From an uncultured Chthonomonadaceae bacterium (GTDB lineage: Bacteria > Armatimonadota > Chthonomonadetes > Chthonomonadales > Chthonomonadaceae): a DNA stretch of 64,000 nucleotides. The notes below the pieces were generated by a model. It made no database searches. It was not told where the DNA came from and saw only the letters and a list, made by a program, of their open reading frames with translations. A program made the position numbers and the translations under genes. The stretch covers positions 128,001 to 192,000 of the forward strand of contig CAWFQB010000011.1 of assembly GCA_963817895.1 (NCBI GenBank), written 5' to 3'. This document shows positions 41,415-54,038 of the stretch, piece by piece (the stretch's first letter is position 1; each line of letters starts with the position of its first letter).

Positions 41415-41841
41415 TTATGTAGGCCGTTTCAGAATCTGTGCCACATCTCCATAGAGGCGGCCCGCCAGACTTTCGAGCGTGTTATGTTCAATGTCTTCGC
41501 CGCGTCCGATTTTGCTTGACCACAGGCCGGAGGGGAGTTGTTTGGCGGCGTGAGTTGGCAGGCGGTTTGCGTGTGCGTAGATTGCTACTTTCTCAAAACC
41601 GGCTTCCAGTTCGGCATTGTCGCAGGTTTCATAGCCAAGTGTCTCTATAGGCTTGTACAAAAGCGGCCAGGCTCTCTTCGAGGGGCGCGTCTTCAGGCCA
41701 GTAATAATCTTCATCGGGCCACCACCAACACCAATTCTGGTCTGCGGCCCATGCGAGACAGTTGTAAATCGCTGTTGACGGACTGGTAATCCAATATCCG
41801 TCTGCCGCTAATTTTGGGAACAGAGCCTCCAGATGGTTCAC
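41415..41841 (-). CDS. Papain-fold-like hypothetical protein (YNC/H/WSSK), frameshifted
   Basis: ITSP....YNCLAWA...WWWP...YWP; KVAIY....PTHAA.QL..G.WSSKIG..EDIEH. Confidence 0.65.
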
Positions 41842-42170
41842 TACAGATAACCCTGTTCTTTGCCCCAGCAAATCCATGTTTGCGCCATTGCCGCTGTTTG
41901 GCCTTGCTGTTCTACAGGCACAGGGTTCGCGCCTGTTAATTGTCGCAGAGCGGCAAACCAGTGATCTGGTTGCCGCTCTAATTCACGCAAAAGCAGAGGG
42001 ACAACGGCAGGGCCGAGCGCGATAATCGCCTGATACGCCGGGTGTTCAATAATCTGGCGGATTGAGGAGAGTGGAAGCGTTTCTTCGCGCCACACGGCTG
42101 CCAGCCTTGTAAATTGCTCTGCCAGATCGTTTTGCGCAATCGGTATGAACGGGGTAATAGTGGTTGTCAC
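41841..42170 (-). CDS. Small HEAT-like hypothetical protein
   Basis: F.RLA..W..ET...SS......HPAYQ.II.LG...VPLLL.EL......WF.AL..LTG.NP; stop overlaps the next start. Confidence 0.75.
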   Translation of the reverse strand: MTTTITPFIPIAQNDLAEQFTRLAAVWREETLPLSSIRQIIEHPAYQAIIALGPAVVPLLLRELERQPDHWFAALRQLTGANPVPVEQQGQTAAMAQTWICWGKEQGYL

Positions 42171-42233
42171 GGCTTGTTCTCCGGTGAAAGCGCCTATTTG
42201 TTGTTGTTATGATACCAGATAGAACCTTTATTG

Positions 42234-42277
42234 ACAAAGCGGCGCGGACAGGGAAATTCCTGTCCGCGCCGCTTTGT
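42234..42277 (-). terminator. groEL terminator hairpin
   Basis: Perfect 19-bp stem just after the groEL stop. Confidence 0.8.
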
Positions 42278-42298
42278 ACCCCACTGGCAAACGGCAGT

Positions 42299-44255
<1,957 letters not shown>

Positions 44256-44420
44256 TTATCCTCCTGAGATGGTAAAGGTTTGAAACGCGCCCACTGCTTT
44301 TGTTACTCCGTCACGCGCGCGCGAAACGGAAAAGCGGGGGCAAAAGGCGCAAAATCCAGCATTGAGATTTCTAAGCTGCGCCGGGTCAAAACAAAGCCTG
44401 AACCGTGAAAGCGTGTTATT

Positions 44421-44446
44421 TTAGCACTCAACACCTAGAGCGCTAA
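44421..44446. promoter_or_regulatory. CIRCE element (HrcA operator)
   Basis: TTAGCACTC-N8-GAGCGCTAA upstream of groES; canonical spacer is N9, so one base is probably lost to an indel. Confidence 0.85.
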
Positions 44447-44646
44447 CATCAATCCCATTCTACCCAATCAGTGTCCGTAAATCAAGTGGCACGGCAATTA
44501 TTTCTCCGAGGTTGTTTGAGAAGGTTTTGAGCGTGTTGGCAGAAAGCAGGGCGGGGGATGTGTGGTATAGTGTACGCGGGAAGTGAGTAACGCGGCGCGG
44601 GAAATCCGGCTGCGAATTTCGAATTTAGAGGGAGAAGCGGAAAGCG

Positions 44647-45179
44647 ATGCAAACGCAGAAGGGCATGATAACGCTGTTGGTGGGGTTGATTTGCGTGTTG
44701 GCGCTGTTCCTGATGACGCAGAAGCCGCCGGGCGCGGCAGAAGATAGGCCGGCTCCCGACGCGCCGCTGATGCTCAATCCGAAACGGCCCACCCGTGCTG
44801 ATCTCCTCACTGCGCGGCAAAGTGGTGGTGCTGGATATCTGGGCGACGTGGTGCGGGCCGTGCCGCATGAGCATTCCCGAACTGGAAAAAATTTATAAAA
44901 AGTACAGGGGCAAAGGGCTGGAAGTGATTGGCGTGTCCGCCGATAACCCGTCCACGCAGTCGCGAATTCCCGCCGTGCAAGCAGGCGCTGGGCATCACCT
45001 ATCCCACTGTGATCGGGGACAAAACGCCCGCACTGTTCAAAAATTATTCCGCCGGCAGCATGCCCACGCTGTATGTGATTGATAAACAGGGCAACATCCG
45101 CTTGCAGGAATCCGGCTTCGATTCCGGAAACGGATTGTCAAAAGTGGATGAATTGATCGAAACTCTGTTGAAAGAGTAG
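44647..45179 (+). CDS. TlpA-family thiol-disulfide oxidoreductase (CGPC), frameshifted
   Basis: N-terminal TM helix; LRGKVVVLDIWATWCGPCR, MPTLYVIDKQG. Confidence 0.88.
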
Positions 45180-45184
45180 ATGCG

Positions 45185-45319
45185 TTGTCTTGAACCATGA
45201 TTTTCAGGATTATTGGATTAACAGGATTTGAAACGTCAGATTGCCGCTTCAATTTGAAGATGAACAACGACCATATCCTGATAATCCGTTAATCTTGACA
45301 AATCACGGGTTCAAGACAA
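45185..45319. repeat. Inverted-repeat element with CAGGATT-type arrays between convergent genes
   Basis: TTGTCTTGAACCATGATTT...CAGGAT and ATCCTG...AAATCACGGGTTCAAGACAA. Confidence 0.8.
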
Positions 45320-45332
45320 TTCTTACCGCGTT

Positions 45333-46388
45333 TTATTGCGTCGCTGCTGCAAGGCGGAAATCAGAACCGCCAGCATCAGAACCGCGCCGACAACCGTTTC
45401 GCGCCACGACTGGTTGTTGAGCGACAGGTTGATGGTCGTGGAAATCGAGAACAGCAGCAAGCGCCCCGATTACCGTTCCCGCCACGCTGCCCCGCCCCCC
45501 GCTCAGACTGGCCCCGCCCACAACCGCCGCCGCAACCGCGTCGAGTTCATACGCCACGCCGATTTGCGGATCGCCCTGATGCGCGTACCCCGCGTACAGA
45601 ATGCCCGCCACGCCCCCAAGCAACGCGCTCACCCCATACGCGAACAGTTTCACGCGGAACGTATTCACGCCCGAAAGCAGGGTCGCCTGCTCGTTGTTGC
45701 CGATGCTGTACAGATACCGGCCCATGCGCGTTCGTTACCAGAACGATGCTGATAACAGCAGCGATAATCAGCATCAGGATGGTGGGAATGGGGATGGCGA
45801 GGGGCGTGCCCGCGAAAAGTTTGCCGTTGGTCAGCCAGTCGAAGAACGGATACTTGCTCTGGTCGAGAGTGGAATCTGCTGTTCGTGGTTCATCAAATAC
45901 GACTGACTGCGCAGGACGAGCAGGGATACCAGCGTGACCACGAACGGGGGCAGGCGCACTTTATGGATCAGCGTGGCGTGCAAGAAGCCGATGCCGAGCG
46001 CGAACAGCAGCGTCAGCGCAATGCCCAGTGCCACTGCCGCGCCCGTGAACATGCGCTTATCCAGCGCGGTCACGAAAAACGCCAGCAGCATACTGGTAAA
46101 GGCGATGAGCGAGCCGAGCGACAGGTCAATGCCGCCCGTGATGATAACGATGGTTTCGCCGATGGCGAAAATCGCCAGCAGCGAGGTTTGCAGCACGATG
46201 TTTTGCAGACTGGCCGAACTTAAAAACTGGGTTCGGACAGGCGACAGCACCATGACAACCACCAGTATCAGCAGCACGATACTGGTGGCAAGCTGCGGCC
46301 ACGCCAACAGCCGCTGCCCGAACGAGGGTCCGGGCGCGGGAGTGGGCGTGGGCGCGATGGTTTCGGCAGGGGTTTGATTGGAAGCCAT
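45333..46388 (-). CDS. Sugar ABC transporter permease (RbsC-like), frameshifted
   Basis: IITGGIDLSLGS, LPPFVVTL, GRYLYSIGNNEQA..LSGV, YELDAVAAAVVGG.SL.GG.G. Confidence 0.9.
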
Positions 46389-46389
46389 T

Positions 46390-47538
46390 TTAGGTGGAGG
46401 ACAATCCTTTGTCTGCCAGTTCTTTGAGGAACGGCGCGGAGTTTTCCGGCGTGACCACCTGAACGCCTGTATCAATGATGTGCTTGTCCGTGTCCACCTT
46501 CATGCCCTCTTTTTCCAGTTCGGGCTTGAGTTCATCCATCGCGGCTTTCAGACCCTTGCGGTTGATAAGCGTCAGCACTTTGGCGGACACGCGCCCGAAC
46601 TCGTAGGGACGCTGCACAACGGTCACGTCAATCTTCTTGTTTTTCAGGTTTTCCAGCGTGGCTTTTACGCCGTCGAAGCAGATGATTTTGATTTTGTCCT
46701 GCTTGCCGACTTTGCCGACCTCATCCACAATCGCCGGACCGTTGTAAGCGTACAGGCCGACCATGCCGTTGACTTTGTCGCCGTACTTGGTCATGGCGTC
46801 CACGACGTTGGTATGCGCTTTGCCGCTCTGATCTTTATTGTCCTCGAACGGGTCTTGCAGCATCGTGATGTTGTGGCCTTTGACCGTATCCACAAATCCC
46901 TGATAGCGCTGCTTGGCGTTGTCCGCGCTCATGTTGCCGACAAACGCGACGAGATTGCCGCCGGTCGGGAACAGTTTCACGGCCGCGTTGCCCGCTTCTA
47001 CGCCCGCCTGATAGTTGTTCGTGCCGATGTACACCAGCCGCTTGCTTGTGGGCGCGTCCGAGTCGAAAGTGACGACGGGAATTCCTTTGGCAATCGCCTC
47101 GTCAATGGTGGACGCGAAGGCTTCCGCGATAATGGGGGACACGGCAATGCCGTCCACGCCCGCCGCGATCTGCTGGTCAAAACTGTTCTTCTGTCCCACG
47201 TTATCGGTCTTGTCCGGCGGCAGCCAACTGCCTTTCGCGTTTGCTTCTTTCAAACCGACATCCAGCCCTTTGCCCATCGTGTCCCAGAACGGGTCGCGTC
47301 CGTTGGTGATCACTTTGAACGTCAGGTCGCCGTTGGACTTGCGGGGCGTGTCGAAGGAGGAGCCGGCGGAAGGAGTGTCCGTCGTTTTGGTGGGGGTACT
47401 CGGCGTATCGGACTTCGCCATTGGGGTCGTGGTCGGCGGCGTGGTGGCGGTATCGCCCCCCTTGTTGGGGTCGCAGCCGAACAGGGAAACGGTCAGGCTC
47501 AACATTGCCAGACCTTGAACGAGTTGAAAACGTTTCAT
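46390..47538 (-). CDS. Sugar ABC transporter substrate-binding lipoprotein
   Basis: Lipobox LFGC; DPFW, GVDGIAVSP, GIPVVTFDSD, YIGTNNY.AG. Confidence 0.92.
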   Translation of the reverse strand: MKRFQLVQGLAMLSLTVSLFGCDPNKGGDTATTPPTTTPMAKSDTPSTPTKTTDTPSAGSSFDTPRKSNGDLTFKVITNGRDPFWDTMGKGLDVGLKEANAKGSWLPPDKTDNVGQKNSFDQQIAAGVDGIAVSPIIAEAFASTIDEAIAKGIPVVTFDSDAPTSKRLVYIGTNNYQAGVEAGNAAVKLFPTGGNLVAFVGNMSADNAKQRYQGFVDTVKGHNITMLQDPFEDNKDQSGKAHTNVVDAMTKYGDKVNGMVGLYAYNGPAIVDEVGKVGKQDKIKIICFDGVKATLENLKNKKIDVTVVQRPYEFGRVSAKVLTLINRKGLKAAMDELKPELEKEGMKVDTDKHIIDTGVQVVTPENSAPFLKELADKGLSST

Positions 47539-47574
47539 AGTGGGTAAATGCTCCCTCGCAGTTGTTATGAAGAT

Positions 47575-47787
47575 GGGTGTTCAGGTGTTCAGGTACTCGG
47601 GTGTTCAGGAACTAAATTGCAAATGTCGCCGCGCTAAAGCAAACATGGTACTGTTGCATTGTCCTGAACACCCGAATACCTGAACACTACAATATGGGCA
47701 GGAAATAGTTCGCTATCGGAGAGTATACCTCCTGCTTCATATTTTCGACTACCAAATGCGGAACACCTGAATACCTGAACACCTACA
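47575..47787. repeat. GGTGTTCA 8-mer arrays in inverted orientation
   Basis: GGTGTTCAGGTGTTCAGGTACTCGGGTGTTCAGGA ... TCCTGAACACCCGAATACCTGAACAC; third run 47761-47787. Confidence 0.85.
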
Positions 47788-48559
47788 CCCCCAACGTATC
47801 GCGCAGATAGGCGCGGCTGATGGCGACGGACTCGGCGGGCGTTAATTCGGTTTGATCCTGTTCCGCCACGATCCATTGCGCGTTCGCCTGTTGCGCGGCA
47901 GCGAACGCGGCCTTCAAATCCACGTCGCCTGTGCCGAGTTCCAGAAAGTGGGGCTGCGATTTGCCGTCAACGGTTGTTTTGCGCCCGTCTTTGAAGTGGA
48001 AATAGCCTGTCCGGTCGGCGTGGGACGCAATGAAGGCAACGGGGTCCAGCCCGCCGTAGTAAATCCAGAACACGTCCAGATTGTATTTCACCAGCGCGGG
48101 ATCGGTTTCCGCGTCCAGTATCGCCATACCGTTCGTGCCGCCCAGATCATCGAACTCCCAGGCGTGGTTGTGGTAGTTGAAGGTCAGCCCCTCATCCGCC
48201 AGTTGTTTGCCCACCTGATTGAAGACCTGCGCCGACTGCTTGTAACCCTCAACCGTTTTGGAATCGGACACGCCGGAACACATGAAGTTTTTCAGGCCAA
48301 TGGCTTTGGCGTACGCGATATGGTCACTCAGGTTTTCCGGTTTCGCGTAATCGCCATAGCCGAAATGCGCCCCGGATACCCGAATGTTGTACTGGTCGAG
48401 TAGCCGGCGTGTCGTTTCCTCGCCATGCGCTTTGAACAGATTTCCGGCCTCAATCGCGGGAAAGCCCGCCGCTGCCACATCCTTCAAAACGCCCTCAAAA
48501 TCATTCTGTCCCCGCGAACCAAAAACAATCATCTGCACGGAAGCCATCGGGTTCGACAT
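47783..48559 (-). CDS. Sugar phosphate isomerase/epimerase (xylose-isomerase-like TIM barrel)
   Basis: GF.AIE, FNYHNHAWEF, NLDVFW, HFKD, ELGTG.VD, VAEQD. Confidence 0.9.
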   Translation of the reverse strand: MSNPMASVQMIVFGSRGQNDFEGVLKDVAAAGFPAIEAGNLFKAHGEETTRRLLDQYNIRVSGAHFGYGDYAKPENLSDHIAYAKAIGLKNFMCSGVSDSKTVEGYKQSAQVFNQVGKQLADEGLTFNYHNHAWEFDDLGGTNGMAILDAETDPALVKYNLDVFWIYYGGLDPVAFIASHADRTGYFHFKDGRKTTVDGKSQPHFLELGTGDVDLKAAFAAAQQANAQWIVAEQDQTELTPAESVAISRAYLRDTLGV

Positions 48560-48799
48560 CGTTGTGTTCTCCTTCCAAACGCCCAAATTGTAAAGGAATG
48601 TTTCCTGCCTGCTTTATACAGCATCACGCGCTAAAAATCCTTCCCGCTCTGTTGTAATATTGCAGGAAAGCGAGGCGCTAATGTTCAATAGCAGGCTGCA
48701 AATGATTCTGGAACTTCCTGTGGTTCTGATTTTGCGGAACTTTACCGGTTATGGCAGGGGAGGCGTTGCCCATTGGAAAGTTCGAGAGTAAATTTGTCA

Positions 48800-49549
48800 G
48801 TGAATTTGCGGGGCAGGACGGCCCTTGTTACGGGAGGCGGTTCCGGGATCGGGTATGCTATCGCCGCCGGACTGGCGCAGGCGGGGGCAAAGGTTTTCAT
48901 CAACGACGTGGCTGCCGAACGCGCGCGGGAGGCTGCCGCAATGCTGCAATCCGAAGCTCTGCCCGGTGATATTACCAATCCTGACTTCCTTCAAGCGGTT
49001 CGGGGCCTGCCAGTTGATATTCTGGTCAATAATGCCGGGTTTCAGCATGTCGCTCCTGTGGAGGAGTTCCCGCCCGAAATCTTCCGGCAGATGCTGGAAG
49101 TGATGCTCGTGGCTCCGTTTCTGCTCACGCAGGCCGTCATTCCGGGTATGAAGGCGAAGGGATTCGGACGCATACTCAACATCGCCTCGATTCACGCCAA
49201 AATCGCGTCCGCGTATAAATCGGGGTATGTGTCGGCCAAACATGGATTGTTGGGTCTGACTCGCGCTGCCGCTGTGGAACTCGCGCCCTGTGGCATTACC
49301 GTCAATGCGATCTGCCCCGGCTATGTGGATACGCCGCTGGTCAGAAACCAACTGGCCGACCTTGCAGCCGCCCATAACCTCGAATCGGCGGAGGACGCCA
49401 TCGAAGCCGTGATTTTACGCAATGTCCCGATAAAGCATCTTATTGCGCCTGATGAAATCGCGTCTCTCGCGCTCTTCCTGTGTTCGGATGCCGCTCGTTC
49501 CATTACCGCGCAGGGCTACACCATTGACGCCGGACTAACGCAAATCTGA
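48800..49549 (+). CDS. 3-hydroxybutyrate dehydrogenase (SDR)
   Basis: TGGGSGIG, NNAGFQHVAPVEEFP, IASIH, YVSAKHG, ICPGYVDTPLV. Confidence 0.88.
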   Translation: MNLRGRTALVTGGGSGIGYAIAAGLAQAGAKVFINDVAAERAREAAAMLQSEALPGDITNPDFLQAVRGLPVDILVNNAGFQHVAPVEEFPPEIFRQMLEVMLVAPFLLTQAVIPGMKAKGFGRILNIASIHAKIASAYKSGYVSAKHGLLGLTRAAAVELAPCGITVNAICPGYVDTPLVRNQLADLAAAHNLESAEDAIEAVILRNVPIKHLIAPDEIASLALFLCSDAARSITAQGYTIDAGLTQI

Positions 49550-49727
49550 GGGCGCGACAAAATATATCTGTATGGCAAAGCGTTGTACGATGCCCGCAGC
49601 CGCGTGGCGACGTATCCCTGCGCTATAGATGATAACGGGGATGTGGCGATACATCTGTAAACAAACTGATGCCCGGAAATAATCGCGCAAATTTGTAATA
49701 AAAAATGTAGAAATCGCAAAAAGGTGG

Positions 49728-49756
49728 TTGACAGGAGAGATAAGTTCTGTTACAAT
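49728..49756 (+). promoter_or_regulatory. Sigma70 promoter of the LacI-family gene
   Basis: TTGACA-N17-TACAAT with extended TGn. Confidence 0.8.
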
Positions 49757-49762
49757 GGGAGT

Positions 49763-49899
49763 ATGACCTAACGATAGGTTTGCGTAAACGTTTTTCACGC
49801 TCTGGCTGTGAACAAAAACAACTTTTTGTTTGTTCGCGCAGCAAGGGGCTGAGTTAGTTTCAAAAATTGTTTCGGAACAATGACCTAACATTAGGTCAT
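49763..49899. promoter_or_regulatory. Two related operator palindromes
   Basis: ATGACCTAACGATAGGTT (49763-49780) and perfect ATGACCTAA-CA-TTAGGTCAT (49880-49899). Confidence 0.7.
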
Positions 49900-49936
49900 T
49901 GCGAATCAGGGGCGTTTTCAGCGAAAGAGGGCATAG

Positions 49937-51012
49937 ATGGCAGGGCGAAGCAGCGGCAGGGTGACACTCAGCGAAATCGCGAAACGCGCCAGCACCAACA
50001 CGATGGCCGTATCCGTCGTGCTGAACGGCGCGCGTTCCAATACGCGCGTCTCCGAAGAGACCCGGCTGCGTATCCGCGAAATCGCCGCCGAACTCAACTA
50101 TTTCCCCAACGCTCTGGCGCAGGGGCTGAAGCGACAGCGGGCGGACACTATCGGCGTTCTGTTCAACTGGGCCGGCCCACATACGCTGAACAATCTGTTT
50201 TCTGTCGCATTACTGGACGGCATTGTCGCGGGCGCGGCGGCGGCGGGAAATCGCGTTCTGCTGTACACCGAACCCTGGGTCAGCGCGTCTGCATCCGCCG
50301 CCGCTTTTTCGGACAATCGGGCGGATGGCGTAATCGTTGTCGCCCCGCGCGACCATTCGGACGTGATTTCCGGCCTTGCGGGTTTGGGCGTACCGATTAC
50401 GCTGCTCTCCTCGGCAACCGATATTGCCGGCGTTCCTTATGTCAATGGCGACAACTGGCGCGGCATTTCTCTCGCGCTGGATCATCTGGCAAGCCTGGGA
50501 CACGCGCGCATCGCCTACGTCAGCCAATCGCTGCAACGCTACAACATGCGTACTCGCCATGCGTCCTTTTGCCGCTGGCTGTCCGAGCGCGGACTTGCGC
50601 TTCCCGAAGATTATGTTGTGCTGCTGGAGGCAGGGGGGGCGCAGCCGTGAACCGGCCCCGCATCGAGGCGCTGCTGCATCTTCCCCATCCGCCCACAGCC
50701 ATTCTCGCTTCCAATGACGATGTGGCGGTAGAAATTCTGGATGCCGCGCGGAATAGCGGAGTCGTCGTGCCGGATCAGTTATCCGTAGTCGGCTTTGATG
50801 ATGTGCTGGTGGCGTCCCTGACCGTGCCGAAATTGACTACCATCCGTCAGCCCCTGTTTGAAATGGGCCGACAGGCCGCGCTGCTGCTGGCCGCGCGCAT
50901 TGAAGCAAAAGAGGTTTCTCCCGACCAGACTCCTGCCGCTTCTTATATCGCCGTTCCTGAACTTATCGTCCGAGCGTCAACATCGCGTGTCTCTCCGTCC
51001 CCGAAGGACTGA
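49937..51012 (+). CDS. LacI-family transcriptional regulator, frameshift near the G7 run
   Basis: VTLSEIA......AVSVVLN...[47 protein letters not shown]. Confidence 0.93.
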
Positions 51013-51067
51013 GAGGGTTGTGCCGCCGAATCGGATTTTATCCGTCCGGCGCAAGAAAGGAAAGACA

Positions 51068-51919
51068 ATGGTTGTCCATTCTTCGTCTCGATACCAGAAC
51101 CGAGTTTCCAGCCGTCCCGTGAATAGCAGAGGAAACCGCGCGGGCTTCACCCTGATCGAACTGCTCGTCGTCATTGCCATCATCGCTATATTGGCGGCGA
51201 TTCTGTTTCCCGTTTTCGCGCAGGCGCGGGAAAAGGCGCGGCAGACCACCTGCCTTTCCAACGTCAAGCAAATTTCGCTGGCGATGACGATGTACGTTCA
51301 GGATTACGACGAAATGTTCTGCCCCGGCAGGTACTACTTCGGCACGGATGCCTGGACATGGGATCACTACATCGAACCCTACGCGCAGAAGTCGGGCGCG
51401 CAATACTACGGGCAGGGGAACAACCCGTATCTTGTGTGTCCCAGTGACACCACGCCCCGCACAACCAAAACATCCGGCAAGCGCTCCTACGCCATTCCTA
51501 TGTCGGCGTTTACGACTGCCGACTACGCCTGGAAAGCCGAAGTGTACACGGGATCGTTTTACATCACTCCTGGACGCAGCCTCTCCGAATTTCCCGCGCC
51601 CGCCAGCGTGATTTTAATCGCGGAAGCGCCGGTGGATAGCAACCGCATCGGCAACAATACCGGCTTTCGAGTCGGCAGCGCCAATGGGCAACTGCCGCCC
51701 TCGGGCGCGAACCCTCCCGCTGCCGGGGCCGTACCCAGCCATTCCGGTGGCTGGAATTATGGGTTCGTGGACGGTCACGCCAAATGGTTCCGCCCGGAAC
51801 AGACCGCCGCGACACCCGGCGTAAGCTACAGCGCGTCGTATGTCAACGCTGCCGGCTTCAACTGTTACGGAAACGTGGTTCGCCCCTGCGGGCTGTGGAC
51901 GCTTTCCGAAAATGACTGA
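51068..51919 (+). CDS. DUF1559 prepilin-type / H-X9-DG protein
   Basis: [49 protein letters not shown]. Confidence 0.93.
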   Translation: MVVHSSSRYQNRVSSRPVNSRGNRAGFTLIELLVVIAIIAILAAILFPVFAQAREKARQTTCLSNVKQISLAMTMYVQDYDEMFCPGRYYFGTDAWTWDHYIEPYAQKSGAQYYGQGNNPYLVCPSDTTPRTTKTSGKRSYAIPMSAFTTADYAWKAEVYTGSFYITPGRSLSEFPAPASVILIAEAPVDSNRIGNNTGFRVGSANGQLPPSGANPPAAGAVPSHSGGWNYGFVDGHAKWFRPEQTAATPGVSYSASYVNAAGFNCYGNVVRPCGLWTLSEND

Positions 51920-51986
51920 TTCTCTCGTTTGAACTTTCGTCATATCGCCCTGTTGCCGTATTATCGAAAGGCAGGTTTGCCGTACT

Positions 51987-53966
51987 ATGAAGACTCCAGT
52001 GTTTCTGGTATGCTGTGCCGCGTCGCTGTATCTTTGCGCTGTTCCCCGCGCCCGCGAAATGACGGCAGCTTCTCCCGCGCCGAAGGTGACGGGCGGGGGA
52101 AGCGCATTGCTGCAATGTGAGTTCAACGAACCATCAGCCTGGCCGGAAGCGTCGGCAAGCGTCGGCATGGGAAGCCGAGGATTGCAAGCCCGCGCCGAAC
52201 ACGCGGATGTTGGGACGATTGATATTGCCGGTTCTTCTACGCCCTCTGGCGGCCTGCGGCTTGCCGTCACCGGTTCCGACACCCATGCGACAGGCAGGGC
52301 AATCCTGTCCAGCGGTTTGCAGGCGGTTCGGAATACGGAAACCAATCTGGCGAAACTGACCCTGAGTTTCAGCCTGTCCTCTTCTACAACGCGGCCTGTT
52401 CTGGTCCGAATGGAGTCCTTTAATGCCGGAAAGAAGCGAACGGGAGGCTGCGAAGGGCTGATAACTCCTGCCGCGCCCGATTTCTATCAGCGTTACGCGC
52501 TGGAACTGGCAACGCTGCGTCCCTTCGTGGGCGCGTTTCAGCCGACTGCGCCGTTCGTGAAAATCAGTTTTGAAATCCAGATTGGGCCGGAAAGCGGCAG
52601 CAACAGGGCGGAACTTCGCCTGGACAATGTCTACTATGCCAAACCCGCGTACTACGTCCGTCCAACCGGCAGCGATAAAAACGACGGGCGTAGCGAACAG
52701 GCTCCCTTCGCGACCCCGCAAAAAGCGATAGATGTGGCCGGACCGGGCGACATCGTGCTGGTGATGAACGGCACGTATATGCCCCATGATGTGCAGGAGG
52801 GCGTTGTCGCGTTCCGCCATGCTGGAACTCCCTCCGCGTGGATTGTTTTGAAGAATTATTCGGGGCATCAGCCCGTATTTTCGGCAGTCGGAACGTGGAA
52901 CGCGATACGGCTCGGACAGCGCGGCACAACCGCCAAGCCTTCCGCAGAACCCGCGCTGGCCTACATCGAGACGCGCGGCCTGCGCATACGCGGTGACGCC
53001 GATGTGGCAAAAGAAAAGTACGCGGATTTGATCGGCAAGCCCGACCCGCATACGAACAGCAACGGCATCAACATTACGGGCCGCTACGAAACCAACAAAC
53101 CGCACCATATACGTATCGCGGACAATGTTGTCGAGTATTGCGCGGGCGCGGGTATCGGCAGCGGCGAAGCGGACTGGTTTACGATTGAGAACAACATTGT
53201 TCGCAACAACTGCTGGTGGATGATTTACGCCGGTTCGGGCATTTCTATGCTGGATAACTCCAATTTCGACAGCGCGGAAAATGTTTACAAGATGCTGATT
53301 TCCAACAATCAGGTCAGCGGCAACCGCTGTTTCGTTCCTTGGGGCAAAATCAAGAAAATCTCCGACGGAAACGGTATCATTATAGATACCAACTATGTTC
53401 CGGCAAAAAACCAGATTTATCTGGGCCGAACTCTGGCGCAGAACAATCTGTCGTTCAACAATGGCGGTTCCGGTATCCACTCGTTCCGGTCGCATCAGAT
53501 AGACATCATCAACAATACGGCTTATATGAACGGCGCATCCCCCGAACTGGCGTGGGGGCAAATCTTTGTTCAGAGTACGGACGACGTTCGCATGATGAAC
53601 AATATTCTGGTTGCGCGGGACGGCCAGCCGGTGAATACGGTCAGTTCCGACATCAGCGACAAGGGCAATACCCGTATCACGCGCATGAACAACCTGTATT
53701 TCGGAGGGGGAACGCCGCCGATTATGGGGCCGAATGACAAGATTGCCGACCCGCTGTTCGTCAATCCCTCCCTTGATCCCGCATCCGCCGATTTTCATGT
53801 GAAGGCGGACAGTCCGGCAGTAGCGGCGGGAAAGCGGGAACCGCTCGTCCCCTGGATTGATCTTGAGGGCCATGCGCGCAGCGCGATCCCGACAATAGGC
53901 GCGTTGGAAAAACACAGTGTAAAGGTGGCGCGGGACACGCGACTCCCGACCCTTCCGCAAAGATAG
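51987..53966 (+). CDS. Secreted right-handed parallel beta-helix (pectin-lyase-like) protein
   Basis: Signal peptide; YYVRPTGSD.NDG....PFAT.QKA....GPGD.V.V.NGTY; Asn ladders; DGNGIIID; NNGGSGI. Confidence 0.85.
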   Translation: MKTPVFLVCCAASLYLCAVPRAREMTAASPAPKVTGGGSALLQCEFNEPSAWPEASASVGMGSRGLQARAEHADVGTIDIAGSSTPSGGLRLAVTGSDTHATGRAILSSGLQAVRNTETNLAKLTLSFSLSSSTTRPVLVRMESFNAGKKRTGGCEGLITPAAPDFYQRYALELATLRPFVGAFQPTAPFVKISFEIQIGPESGSNRAELRLDNVYYAKPAYYVRPTGSDKNDGRSEQAPFATPQKAIDVAGPGDIVLVMNGTYMPHDVQEGVVAFRHAGTPSAWIVLKNYSGHQPVFSAVGTWNAIRLGQRGTTAKPSAEPALAYIETRGLRIRGDADVAKEKYADLIGKPDPHTNSNGINITGRYETNKPHHIRIADNVVEYCAGAGIGSGEADWFTIENNIVRNNCWWMIYAGSGISMLDNSNFDSAENVYKMLISNNQVSGNRCFVPWGKIKKISDGNGIIIDTNYVPAKNQIYLGRTLAQNNLSFNNGGSGIHSFRSHQIDIINNTAYMNGASPELAWGQIFVQSTDDVRMMNNILVARDGQPVNTVSSDISDKGNTRITRMNNLYFGGGTPPIMGPNDKIADPLFVNPSLDPASADFHVKADSPAVAAGKREPLVPWIDLEGHARSAIPTIGALEKHSVKVARDTRLPTLPQR

Positions 53967-54038
53967 CCCTCAACCCCTAACCCCTTCTCCCAAAAAGCCT
54001 GAGAGAAGGGGAACCTGTTTGAAGGAATTTTGATTCGT

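Noticed and set aside
50633..50639. G7 tract near the LacI frameshift as a phase-variation switch
   Set aside because: Short tract in a contig with pervasive indel errors; needs read-level evidence.
52134..53960. Long antisense ORFs (e.g. 52134-53960, 6734-8098, 14499-15710, 46378-47547, 58766-59866)
   Set aside because: Shadow ORFs opposite well-supported genes, expected at high GC; no recognisable motifs.
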